Source: Patescibacteria group bacterium (GTDB taxonomy: Bacteria; Patescibacteriota; Microgenomatia; UBA1400; UBA1449). From it: a stretch of DNA of 64,000 bases. This document shows, piece after piece, positions 19,847 through 28,689 of this stretch. The notes under the pieces were generated by a model, which did no database searches, was not told the origin of the DNA, and worked only from the letters and a program-made list of their open reading frames with translations. Each line of letters begins with the position of its first letter. Positions within the stretch are counted from its first letter, which is position 1. The position numbers and the translations under genes were made by a program. The DNA lies in assembly GCA_050942955.1 (NCBI GenBank), contig JBMNOG010000006.1:932-64931 (forward strand), in the 5' to 3' direction.

Positions 19847-20713
19847 TTAGGTAAATGTCTGTTTTCCCTTATTTTGTGAAGGTTCTTTCTCCAACTGCCT
19901 TAACCGGTTGTATAAGGGAAATATGAGTTTTTTGGGAAGCAAACTCACTATAAGCATTTGTAGAAGAGTTATACTAATGTCTGCCAAATGCGGACGGTAG
20001 CCGTAACTCATAATCGCTTTCACTCTAGATCTAAGCGTAACAAAAAATGTCTTCTTAGGATCTTTTAAAGAAGTGTTATCGGGGTGGATGCGATAAGACA
20101 GAAGGTAGTCTTTGAGGTTGGCACAACTGCCAAACTGAAATAACCTAAACAGCAGGTCTACCTCCTCTGCAGTCTCTTCCCCTTCCTTGTACCACCTGTA
20201 GTTTTGGGGTAAGAGTTTGCGGTTTACCATAAGTGAGGGCTGCTGCAAAGGAATGGATCTAAAGATCATCCGGTAAATGCTTCTATGGTCTTGAGGGAAC
20301 GTTTTAATACCCAGAATTTTTCCCTTAGTGTCAATGAGCTGGCACTGGGCTCCAACAGCCACTGTTTGCCCATGATGCTGCAAAAATGCCACCTGTTTTG
20401 CTAGCCTCTCAGGATGCATGACATCATCTGCATCCATTCTGGCAACATAATCTCCGCGGATTTTTGATAAAGCTAGGTTGGCAGCACTAGCCACACCCCA
20501 GTGTTTACCGTTGCGGTATGCAGTAATCCGACTGTCTGTACTTTCGTACTTTTTGAGAATTTCCCAGGAATGGTCTTCTGACCAATCATCAACAGCAATT
20601 AGTTCCCAGTTGGGATACGTCTGGTTTTGAATACTTGAAAGCGCCTGAGACAAAAACTTCTCGCCATTAAAAACAGGCATAAAGATGGAAACTGTGGGCC
20701 TTGGTTTACTCAT
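19847..20713 (-). CDS. GT2 family glycosyltransferase
   Basis: VSIFMPVFN, VDDWSED, ARMDADD, RLAKQV motifs. Confidence 0.93.
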   Translation of the reverse strand: MSKPRPTVSIFMPVFNGEKFLSQALSSIQNQTYPNWELIAVDDWSEDHSWEILKKYESTDSRITAYRNGKHWGVASAANLALSKIRGDYVARMDADDVMHPERLAKQVAFLQHHGQTVAVGAQCQLIDTKGKILGIKTFPQDHRSIYRMIFRSIPLQQPSLMVNRKLLPQNYRWYKEGEETAEEVDLLFRLFQFGSCANLKDYLLSYRIHPDNTSLKDPKKTFFVTLRSRVKAIMSYGYRPHLADISITLLQMLIVSLLPKKLIFPLYNRLRQLEKEPSQNKGKQTFT

Positions 20714-20892
20714 TGTTGTTTCTCTCCTTTGAGGCTACGAATGTTTCCTAACCTCAAGAGAAAGGGCGGCGCTGTAGAGCTTGGCAAGAAAATGGTTCCT
20801 CCTGGTGGAGAAAACATCTTATGCTCAAGATACAGTGCCGCCGGCAAGGTAGTAGCTGTGCTGCTTTCTCTTCCTTTCCAGGACGGACTCAT
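20710..20892 (-). CDS. Possible 60-aa coupling ORF
   Basis: ATGA overlaps with both neighbours; the sequence looks unlike typical proteins and contains a long stem. Confidence 0.3.
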   Translation of the reverse strand: MSPSWKGRESSTATTLPAALYLEHKMFSPPGGTIFLPSSTAPPFLLRLGNIRSLKGEKQQ

Positions 20893-21650
20893 GGGGTATA
20901 ACGGGTATAGTCAACCGCTCCACAACGCCAGCCTGAAAGAGGGTTGACCACCTCAAGCAGCCACCCCTGTTCAATTGCCTGACCGACCCGGAAGCAGAAC
21001 TCCTGCTCTCCCCACTCCGAGGTTGTTACCAAGGCAAAACCGTCGGTAACGTTAAGGACAACCGGAGTGCCATCACTCCGCCAGGCTCTGTAGTGGCCTT
21101 CGATGCCGTTGACAACAACTCCGCCAGCGATGATAACGCTTCCAGTGGGAGCTTCAATCGTCCACACCTGATGTCCACCAACTCCAGTTGGTAAGTACAG
21201 TGAGGGGTGAGTAATATCCGGTTGGGGGTTAAGTCCAGTCGCAACAGTCCCGTTGATCACAATGAGAGGTGGTTGACCTACCGTACCCCTTCGTCCCGGC
21301 ACAACAGCCATTTCGGATGCGGCCGCTGGTACAACACCTTGTGGTTCCAGAACAGCTACCCCTTCTCTGATGGTTGCAGCCATGATTCTCTGGAGCTCTT
21401 CTTGAGTGAGAACACCCTCTTGGATCTCCTGCCTAATTTCCTGCCTAAACTGCTCGAACTCCCCCTGAGTGACCTGTCCTTCACGGACTGCTACAAGAAC
21501 CCGCTCCTCAAATTCTTCAAGGTCTGCGGCTGTAACTACGTCCACGTCACCCAGATCAGGCTCGATGTCCCCGCCAGTGTAGGCGTCACAGGCCATTAAG
21601 GCCACGATAAACACCACTACCAGAACAGATGTTGCTATTACTCGTCTCAT
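20889..21650 (-). CDS. Hypothetical lipoprotein
   Basis: Signal peptide ending IVALMA-C (lipobox), acidic helical segment, globular C-terminus with two Cys; SD AAGGAGG. Confidence 0.75.
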   Translation of the reverse strand: MRRVIATSVLVVVFIVALMACDAYTGGDIEPDLGDVDVVTAADLEEFEERVLVAVREGQVTQGEFEQFRQEIRQEIQEGVLTQEELQRIMAATIREGVAVLEPQGVVPAAASEMAVVPGRRGTVGQPPLIVINGTVATGLNPQPDITHPSLYLPTGVGGHQVWTIEAPTGSVIIAGGVVVNGIEGHYRAWRSDGTPVVLNVTDGFALVTTSEWGEQEFCFRVGQAIEQGWLLEVVNPLSGWRCGAVDYTRYTP

Positions 21651-21666
21651 CTGAAACCTCCTTCTC

Positions 21667-23163
21667 TTAGGGGTTTGTCCGCCTGACTCTCCGCCAGTTG
21701 TTTCCGACCAATCCCATAGCCACTACCAGAGTAATAAATGCCAGGATGTAGAGTATGGGTATCAGCCAACCCATAAAAACGCTGCGATAAGCCCCACCTT
21801 GGTCAAGAATAAACCTAGCCCAGGTTAGAGTACCACCCAGTGCTAGCAGAAAGAGCAAGCCTCCTACCCCACCTAGAATGAGAGCTGTAGTGTTAGTCTC
21901 CCTAAAGGTAGAAATCGCTACAACTTGGGATGTAGGAGGTGCAGGAACAACCGGTACTGGCCGTTCGCTCTGGACCGCCGCTCGGTGTACCTCCAAAAGA
22001 AGATCGTGGTACTGTTGAGAGTCATAGGTCTCAACAGGTTCACCTTCGAGTATATCAGCCCTCTGTCTGAACTCGGCTCGGCGGTCTTCGGGTACTAGGT
22101 CAATCTGTGTCCTTATTACCCGAAGATAGTGTTCTTTCTGATCCTGAAGAACACTGCGTCTGGCATCACGGCGGTGTTCTTCGATCTGGCTCTCGGCTAT
22201 CCTATCTTCCAGATCATTTACCATCTCTTGGATCAACTTAGCCGCATCCTCTACCGGATACATATCCCAGGTTTTCCATTCAAGGTCATCAACCTGCTTC
22301 CGGTACTTCCCAGCTTTGTCAGGGGAAAGATTTTTGTAGACAGTGAGGACAATCTCCTGAAGAGTATCTCGGGTTTCCTGCTTGTAGGTCGATTCCCTCT
22401 TGTCTGCCCTCTGTTGAATAGTCTGGGCAGTATCCTCGTTTATATCTTCGAGAAGTTGGAGTGTCGCTTGGACATCAAAGTCGATGGCAGATTGAGAACG
22501 CTGTTCCTCAATTCTGTGCCGGAACTCTTCACGGTGATCTGGATGGACTTTGTCCAGCTTGTTCTCTGCCTTGGAAAGAAGCCCGTCTTTCACCCTGGCC
22601 TTACTCAGCACCTCCTCTTCTGTGAGAACCACCACTTTGTCAGCCACTTCCTCTCTCCTCTTCTCTGCTTCACTGGGTTCAGGGATTTCGTCACTTACTT
22701 TTGGGTGAGAAGGTGTAATTGGTGGAGCTTCTAGAATCGGTTCTCTAAGCCCAACCTCCGCCTTTATCCTATCTAGTTCTTCTTCAAGTTTGGTGTCTCT
22801 CCGGTTCAACTCCTCACGCACACTAGTCAGGATCCTCTGCTCAGAGCTTTTCAGTAGTTCTGCCAATAATCCCTCTGTTTCCTGAGCTGCTTCTTCAGCT
22901 ATTTCAGGGATAGATTCCACACTCTCATCAACTTCCGGTTCCGTGGTAACCACTTGTGGTGAGGGTGAAACGGAACTTCTTTGAGCCTCCCATTCCCCTG
23001 TTTTTTGAAGAAGTTCATCTTCAAAGGCTTGACCGCTTAGACCAGTCCGGTTCTTGATCCTCTGCTCAAGAACTTCGATACCCCCTGTCCTCCATTCCTC
23101 TCTCAATTCTCTCGCCCAGTAGCGAAGCACGTAGTAGCGTTCCCGACCCGTTAGTCGCTCCAT
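21667..23163 (-). CDS. Hypothetical acidic coiled-coil protein with two C-terminal TMs
   Basis: 498 aa, E/R-rich helical repeats, two hydrophobic helices at the C-terminus; SD GGAGG. Confidence 0.75.
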   Translation of the reverse strand: MERLTGRERYYVLRYWARELREEWRTGGIEVLEQRIKNRTGLSGQAFEDELLQKTGEWEAQRSSVSPSPQVVTTEPEVDESVESIPEIAEEAAQETEGLLAELLKSSEQRILTSVREELNRRDTKLEEELDRIKAEVGLREPILEAPPITPSHPKVSDEIPEPSEAEKRREEVADKVVVLTEEEVLSKARVKDGLLSKAENKLDKVHPDHREEFRHRIEEQRSQSAIDFDVQATLQLLEDINEDTAQTIQQRADKRESTYKQETRDTLQEIVLTVYKNLSPDKAGKYRKQVDDLEWKTWDMYPVEDAAKLIQEMVNDLEDRIAESQIEEHRRDARRSVLQDQKEHYLRVIRTQIDLVPEDRRAEFRQRADILEGEPVETYDSQQYHDLLLEVHRAAVQSERPVPVVPAPPTSQVVAISTFRETNTTALILGGVGGLLFLLALGGTLTWARFILDQGGAYRSVFMGWLIPILYILAFITLVVAMGLVGNNWRRVRRTNP

Positions 23164-23268
23164 CTTCTCCCTCCAGTTACAAAGTTTAGAGACAACTCAT
23201 CTACAACCAGACTTACTCGCCTACCCATTTAAAGAGTCAGAGAGAAAGCTGGTTTACAGCTTACTACC

Positions 23269-23280
23269 TTGTTAAAGTGC
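23269..23280 (-). promoter_or_regulatory. boxA-like motif
   Basis: GCACTTTAACAA about 105 nt upstream of the 498-aa gene; a second ACTCTTTAAA follows at about 23228-23237. Confidence 0.5.
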
Positions 23281-23396
23281 TTCTTGCAAAAAGTTAGGTA
23301 AACGCATATGTTCGCCGCTTTGTGCAAGACTCGTTCTGCCAAGTAGGCAGAGAAGAAACCCGATATCTCTTCCCTGCCTGCTTTAGAAATGAGGGC

Positions 23397-23423
23397 AAAA
23401 AAACCCGCTTTTGTGCGGGTTTT
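23397..23423 (-). terminator. Intrinsic terminator after the LPxTG gene
   Basis: - strand AAAACCCGC-ACAAAA-GCGGG followed by a long T run. Confidence 0.85.
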
Positions 23424-23460
23424 AGGGTTTAAAACATAGTCTTTATTAATTTCTCAATAC

Positions 23461-24153
23461 TTATTTCTTTGCTAACATTAGTAACACACTACCTAAAGCG
23501 AAAAAACCAACAGGGCCCGCCAGCAAAACCAGAGGAAAATTAGTACCAGTAGGAGGCAACTCTTCAACCCCCAAAACTTTCTCCTTAACCACAATCTCTT
23601 CCTTTTCAACTACTGCCTCTCTGGCAATACAGAAATTAGCTGTATCTATGTCCTCTTCGCTGTCGAACATAGCTACAACCTTATTTGTGACACACATAGC
23701 CATCTCAGAAAGAGCACTGGTGTCTTTTATCCGTGCCTGGAACGATCTTGTTTCAGTTTCTCCGGGATCAAGATCAAATACTTCAAATTGCACCACTCCA
23801 CTACCACCTGACGTATCTCCTCCTGATTGCCACTCCAACCAGTTAGGCAAAAAATCTTTAAGAGTAACTTGGTGCACTACTATATTGCCGGTGTTTGTCA
23901 CACGCAGTTCAAATGTAACTGTTTCACCTGAACTGAATACAAGCTCATCCCTGGGAATGTTGTCTACAAATGTATTTTTATGAGGGCTAAAAACAACTTT
24001 GTCGACGTCAATCTCTTTCTCTTCACAGACCAATCCACCCCCATAAACTTCGCGGCAAATACGGGAAGCATACGCAGACTCCGCTGTCGTAAGAAAATAT
24101 ATAAGAAACCCTGTGGCAACAAAAAACAACGCAAAAAGTAGTTTCTTCATCAA
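23461..24153 (-). CDS. Secreted DUF11-like domain protein with LPxTG sorting signal
   Basis: Signal peptide; GETVTFELRVTNTG..VTLKDFLP (DUF11 pattern); C-terminal ELPPTG + TM + KK. Confidence 0.85.
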   Translation of the reverse strand: MMKKLLFALFFVATGFLIYFLTTAESAYASRICREVYGGGLVCEEKEIDVDKVVFSPHKNTFVDNIPRDELVFSSGETVTFELRVTNTGNIVVHQVTLKDFLPNWLEWQSGGDTSGGSGVVQFEVFDLDPGETETRSFQARIKDTSALSEMAMCVTNKVVAMFDSEEDIDTANFCIAREAVVEKEEIVVKEKVLGVEELPPTGTNFPLVLLAGPVGFFALGSVLLMLAKK

Positions 24154-24243
24154 AAAGAATTATACGAAATGTAAATTAAGAAACTATGAAAATAAATTGA
24201 TATCTTCGTTATTTTTAATAATATTGGAGACAAAATATTGTTA

Positions 24244-24942
24244 TTAGGTATTAATAGGTTCGGCTATTACTAAGAGCCGCTGCCAGGTGGTTCCAGGAGG
24301 GTAACATGTTTGCAAAATAAGGACATCCTGATCTTTTAGTTGGTCAACTAGGCTCAGGTCTTTTGGAGCCACTACCCTTTTTTCTCTAACAGTATAAGAA
24401 AATATCTGGTCTCCCAGTCTGAGAAAAACAGCATCACCTTTATTGAGCTCTTTTATTTCAATAAAGAGCGCATTGTAAGTGGCAATGTTCCAGGGATAAT
24501 CTGTTGAGTGCCCGAAGATAAAAACCATCTTTCCCTGTCCTGGAAAGGCTGAATTCAAGGCATGAGCTACTCCTTTTTTCAAAGCTTCTGTGTAAATTTT
24601 TGAGTCCCCAGCATCAACGTTTGGCACTACTGAAGCCTGAAGACCGATTGCAGGAATTTCCAGCGAGAACGGAAGTGAAGCAGGATCTGGGGTAGGTACA
24701 GGACTAACATTAGGCAAAGCGCTTTCTGCATGGGAATCAAAAGAGTAAGTTGGTAAAACTGTCCCAATTCTTTGCATTACTACAGAAACTTGCGTCAGTG
24801 AAAACAAGGTAAAAAGCACTCCTACCGCAACAACTGCAGCCCCCAAGCTAACCTTACCTACAAACCGAAAGACCGTATTTTTTGGAAGCGGTTCTTTTTC
24901 GGAAGATGCCTGGTAAATAACTCCACTTTTTTTGGAAGCCAT
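24244..24942 (-). CDS. Sortase
   Basis: LEIPAIG, GVAH, IFGHS, LILQTC (catalytic Cys) and QRLLV; N-terminal TM. Start uncertain (ATG 24942 or TTG 24996). Confidence 0.92.
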   Translation of the reverse strand: MASKKSGVIYQASSEKEPLPKNTVFRFVGKVSLGAAVVAVGVLFTLFSLTQVSVVMQRIGTVLPTYSFDSHAESALPNVSPVPTPDPASLPFSLEIPAIGLQASVVPNVDAGDSKIYTEALKKGVAHALNSAFPGQGKMVFIFGHSTDYPWNIATYNALFIEIKELNKGDAVFLRLGDQIFSYTVREKRVVAPKDLSLVDQLKDQDVLILQTCYPPGTTWQRLLVIAEPINT

Positions 24943-25002
24943 ACTGTACAACTTTTTTAGTGGTAACCAGTGTACCAGAGAAGAATGAAACGGCAATGAA
25001 AC

Positions 25003-26310
25003 TTACGCTAACGCTTTAGTCACAGCTTCGCGTATCTTTGAAACTTCTGAAGCAGTAAGAGCAACAGTATACCCCTGGGATTTGGCTTCTTTTAAGCGTT
25101 TATCCAAAAAAGAGACTTTACGAATTTCCCCAAGCAATCCCACTTCCCCAACAGCCACAGTCTTACTGCTAATAGGTTTGTTTTTGTAAGACGAAGCAAT
25201 GGCGAGACATACCCCTAGATCTACCGCAGGCTCCCTTAAATTAAGCCCTCCGGCCACATTAACAAAGACATCTTTATCCCCCAAGCGCAAACCCGCATGC
25301 CTTTCTAAAATAGCACAGATAATTTGTAATCTCCTCTGGTCAATACCTGTACCTACATGTCGGGGAATAGCCAAATTGGTCGGATTAACCAAAGCCTGGA
25401 TCTCAACCAGAACTGGCCTCACTCCCTGCATAGAACAAACCACCACACTTCCAGGTGCATTGAAAGAGTCTTTGCCGTTTTGTAAAAAGAGCTCTGATGG
25501 ATTATTTATTTCAGTAAGCCCACTATCCTGCATAGCAAATACCCCTACTTCATCTGTCGGCCCGAACCGGTTTTTAACCGCCCGAAGGAGTCTGAACTCA
25601 TGCCTGCCATCCCCTTCAAACTGCAAAACCGTATCCACCAGGTGTTCTAAAATTTTTGGCCCTGCGACTACCCCTTCTTTTGTCACATGCCCAACCAAAA
25701 TGACAGGCACATCTGTTTCTTTTGCTCTGTGGAGCAGGATTTGCGCTGACTCCCTGATTTGACCCACTGAGCCGGCTACACCGGTTAGCTTTTCTGTCCA
25801 GATAGTTTGAATTGAGTCAATAATCACCACCGACTGGTCGGTAATAGATGCCACTATAGTCTCAGCATTTGTTTCAGGCAAAACAGTGAAGTCAGTGGGT
25901 AAACCCAATCGTTCTACTCTGAGCCGTACTTGCTGGGGAGATTCCTCTCCTAAAACGTAGAGGCCTTTACATTTGGCAACTACTGCAGTTAGAAGGCTTG
26001 ATTTTCCTACTCCGGGAGGTCCGGCAACCAGTGTAAGCGACCCTGGCACAATTCCCCCACCAAGAACCCTATCTAGTTCTCCAAAAGTCGTCGGCATACG
26101 GGCAATTTTTTTTGAAGCTACTTCTGAAAGTTTTGTCGTAGGAACAGCAATTTTTTTAGAGGGTTTTCGGCCGCCAAAACCGGCCGGAGTGGTAGGTACA
26201 AGACTTTCCACAAGTGTATTCCATGCCTGGCATTCAGGGCACTGTCCTAACCATTTTGAGTTTTGGAAACCACAAGACTGACAGACAAAAACTGAGGTAG
26301 ACTTTGCCAT
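25003..26310 (-). CDS. radA: DNA repair protein RadA/Sms
   Basis: C4 zinc finger CQSCG...KWLGQCPEC, Walker A GPPGVGKS, KNRFG motif, Lon-like C-terminus. Confidence 0.98.
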   Translation of the reverse strand: MAKSTSVFVCQSCGFQNSKWLGQCPECQAWNTLVESLVPTTPAGFGGRKPSKKIAVPTTKLSEVASKKIARMPTTFGELDRVLGGGIVPGSLTLVAGPPGVGKSSLLTAVVAKCKGLYVLGEESPQQVRLRVERLGLPTDFTVLPETNAETIVASITDQSVVIIDSIQTIWTEKLTGVAGSVGQIRESAQILLHRAKETDVPVILVGHVTKEGVVAGPKILEHLVDTVLQFEGDGRHEFRLLRAVKNRFGPTDEVGVFAMQDSGLTEINNPSELFLQNGKDSFNAPGSVVVCSMQGVRPVLVEIQALVNPTNLAIPRHVGTGIDQRRLQIICAILERHAGLRLGDKDVFVNVAGGLNLREPAVDLGVCLAIASSYKNKPISSKTVAVGEVGLLGEIRKVSFLDKRLKEAKSQGYTVALTASEVSKIREAVTKALA

Positions 26311-26391
26311 AGTAAGGGTTAGTGTATCACACCCAGTTAATCGGAACAGGTAAGAAAACTCTAAGCCTGTAACAAGTTACCTGTTTTTGTT

Positions 26392-26856
26392 TTACCGTCT
26401 AACAGTAATAACGTCTGTCAACTCCCCACTGGCTGAAGCAATGATACGGTTATTTTCATCCCGGGAAATGAAGTAACCGGTTTCTCCAGGCTGGTTCTCT
26501 GAAGGATCGGTCGGAATCTCAGGAATGTAGGTAGGTACAATAGTATCTCCCCCATCGCCAGCATTAGCCAGATCAAAACAGCCAACTGCTGAACCAATAC
26601 AGACTGCCTCTTCCGGAAAACTGTCAGTTAACGGATCACCATCAGTATCGGGTAAGTTTCCCTGATGCTCAGCCACGTACTGGTAAATAGCATTGGTAAT
26701 AGCATACAGATCAGACTGCCTTTGAGTGTCCCGGGCATTGGCAAATTGTCTTCCTGGGTTAACGGCAACTAACACAATGGCTGCCAAAATTGCAATAACA
26801 CCGATAACTACCAGCAATTCAACAAGAGTAAATCCTGAATGCTTATGAAGAAACAT
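26392..26856 (-). CDS. Type IV pilin (copy B)
   Basis: Prepilin G|FTLVELLVVI with E5; SD AGGAGG. Confidence 0.95.
   Translation of the reverse strand: MFLHKHSGFTLVELLVVIGVIAILAAIVLVAVNPGRQFANARDTQRQSDLYAITNAIYQYVAEHQGNLPDTDGDPLTDSFPEEAVCIGSAVGCFDLANAGDGGDTIVPTYIPEIPTDPSENQPGETGYFISRDENNRIIASASGELTDVITVRR
26665..26811. repeat. 147-bp direct repeat shared by the two pilins (copy 1)
   Basis: Identical base for base to 27280-27426. Confidence 0.95.
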
Positions 26857-26919
26857 AAAACCTCCTTTTAAGAATAAGAGTATGTATCTACATCAAGTAT
26901 ATCTTACTTGTAGACAAAC

Positions 26920-26964
26920 AAAAACACTCAGAAACAGGGCAGGCCCACGGATTTCTGAGTGTTT
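26920..26964 (-). terminator. Terminator between the two pilin genes
   Basis: AAACACTCAGAAA...TTTCTGAGTGTTT stem followed by a T-tract on the - strand. Confidence 0.7.
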
Positions 26965-26976
26965 AAGAAGTACTTC

Positions 26977-27465
26977 TTATCTGCGCACAGTAATGGTACC
27001 ACCAGTCAGTTCTCCACTAGCTGTAGCGGTAACTCTCTGATTAGCATCAGCAAAGACGCTGTAGCCAGTATACGCATCAAAGTTAACAGTAAGATTTGGA
27101 TCATGCGGAATTTCAGCAATATAGGTAGGCACAATTGGCTCCTCTCCACCGGCTATAGCCAGATCAAAACAAGCAGCACCAGTTGTTGGGTGAGTTCCAC
27201 TACCAATACATGTTGGCGTAGTCGGAAATGCAGTTATTACTGCTCCACTAGCATCTAAAATATCCGGTAAATTACCGTTATGCTCAGCCACGTACTGGTA
27301 AATAGCATTGGTAATAGCATACAGATCAGACTGCCTTTGAGTGTCCCGGGCATTGGCAAATTGTCTTCCTGGGTTAACGGCAACTAACACAATGGCTGCC
27401 AAAATTGCAATAACACCGATAACTACTAACAGTTCGATTAAGGTAAAACCTCGATTTTTCTTCAT
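26977..27465 (-). CDS. Type IV pilin (copy A, likely the major pilin)
   Basis: MKKNRG|FTLIELLVVI; strong SD GGAGGAGGTG before the ATG at 27465. Confidence 0.95.
   Translation of the reverse strand: MKKNRGFTLIELLVVIGVIAILAAIVLVAVNPGRQFANARDTQRQSDLYAITNAIYQYVAEHNGNLPDILDASGAVITAFPTTPTCIGSGTHPTTGAACFDLAIAGGEEPIVPTYIAEIPHDPNLTVNFDAYTGYSVFADANQRVTATASGELTGGTITVRR
27280..27426. repeat. 147-bp direct repeat shared by the two pilins (copy 2)
   Basis: Identical base for base to 26665-26811. Confidence 0.95.
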
Positions 27466-27521
27466 AAATACACTCACCTCCTCCCAACAGCAAAATACGA
27501 TTATTTCGCTAACACACAATA

Positions 27522-28091
27522 TTACTCGCCTTCCACCCCTAAAATAACTCTAATATCAAACTTATCTTCTGTCTGTAATATCTCCTCTTTAATCTCTCCC
27601 CAACCTAATTCCAAAAGACGATCCTTCAGTGGTTTTTCCCACTGTCTATATTCATTTTTATAGAATATGGTAGTCTCGTCAAGTAGCGATTGACTGGTTA
27701 CCAATTCCACTTCCGTATCTCCGGAAAAAAGAGAGCTGACCTGCTTAGCTCCTCCAGTCTTGCCAGAAGCATTAACTATCTCGACTTTTTTAGGAATAGA
27801 CAGCTTAGCTGCAGAGGAAGTAGCTTGCTCTTCATAATTCTCTTTAGGAACGTTTTCTACTACAGCTTGTTCCGGTACGCGTTTATTAATCAGTGAAAGA
27901 GCTTTACCTAAACTCTGGCGGTTTAGCTGGGTAGCTGTTGAAATAGCCATGTTTTTATCTACCCCTATAGCGGTCTGAATTGTCTCTGCTGCTACTCTGA
28001 AAGAAATCAATAACAAAGCTAGGCCAACTAAAGCAAAGACAAATACAATGATATGGTTAAGAGTTAGTTTTAGTGAACTCATCAGAAACAA
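27522..28091 (-). CDS. Membrane protein with LytR C-terminal-like domain
   Basis: TM followed by VEIVNASGKTGGA...DIRVILG, the LytR_C signature. Confidence 0.7.
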   Translation of the reverse strand: MFLMSSLKLTLNHIIVFVFALVGLALLLISFRVAAETIQTAIGVDKNMAISTATQLNRQSLGKALSLINKRVPEQAVVENVPKENYEEQATSSAAKLSIPKKVEIVNASGKTGGAKQVSSLFSGDTEVELVTSQSLLDETTIFYKNEYRQWEKPLKDRLLELGWGEIKEEILQTEDKFDIRVILGVEGE

Positions 28092-28689
28092 ATAAATGGA
28101 ACTGAGTTTGAACTATTACCTCACCTGAACTAGGATCAAAGTCTTTAGTAAACGTAACGGCCTTAATAAAATAAGGGCTGTTAACAATTTTGTTAAGAGC
28201 AGCATTTACTGCAGCTTCTGAACCTCGGATTCTTAACGTCATGGGCAAAAAACTCGGAGTCTTACCTATTTTTGTAGGCACATCGCTATCAACTGAAAAG
28301 CGCATCACTTCAACTGAAGAACGCAGACTATCCACAATCGCAATAAACTCAAGTAGGCTCGACTCTGTCGGAAAAGCAGATAGTACCTTTTCTCTCTCTT
28401 CTTCCGTTTCCTTAAGCGCTTGAGTCAGAAGCATCTCATCCTGTTCACTTATCTGAAATGCCAGAGACTGGGTTCTCAGTTTCTGTACAGTTAGACCTTT
28501 TTGGGGTAGTAAAGACAGCAACACACCGCTTCCAATTACAAACAGAGTCGAAAAGCTTATCAGGATAATAAATAGGCTATTGTTATTTGTTTTCTTGGGC
28601 TTTTTAGCCACTTTCTTTACTTCACTCTCTTTGCTTTGAGTTTTCGTGGTTTCAGTTGGTTGTTTTGGTTGTGACTTTGTATCGCTCAT
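28057..28689 (-). CDS. PilO-like pilus assembly protein
   Basis: Single TM, coiled coil, AFPTE..LLEFI ferredoxin-like domain; lies directly after pilM/N. Confidence 0.6.
   Translation of the reverse strand: MSDTKSQPKQPTETTKTQSKESEVKKVAKKPKKTNNNSLFIILISFSTLFVIGSGVLLSLLPQKGLTVQKLRTQSLAFQISEQDEMLLTQALKETEEEREKVLSAFPTESSLLEFIAIVDSLRSSVEVMRFSVDSDVPTKIGKTPSFLPMTLRIRGSEAAVNAALNKIVNSPYFIKAVTFTKDFDPSSGEVIVQTQFHLFVSDEFTKTNS

Noticed and set aside
26392-27465. Pilin repeats as a DGR template/variable pair
   Set aside because: The copies are identical rather than A-specifically mutated, lie in the conserved N-terminus, and no reverse transcriptase is present.
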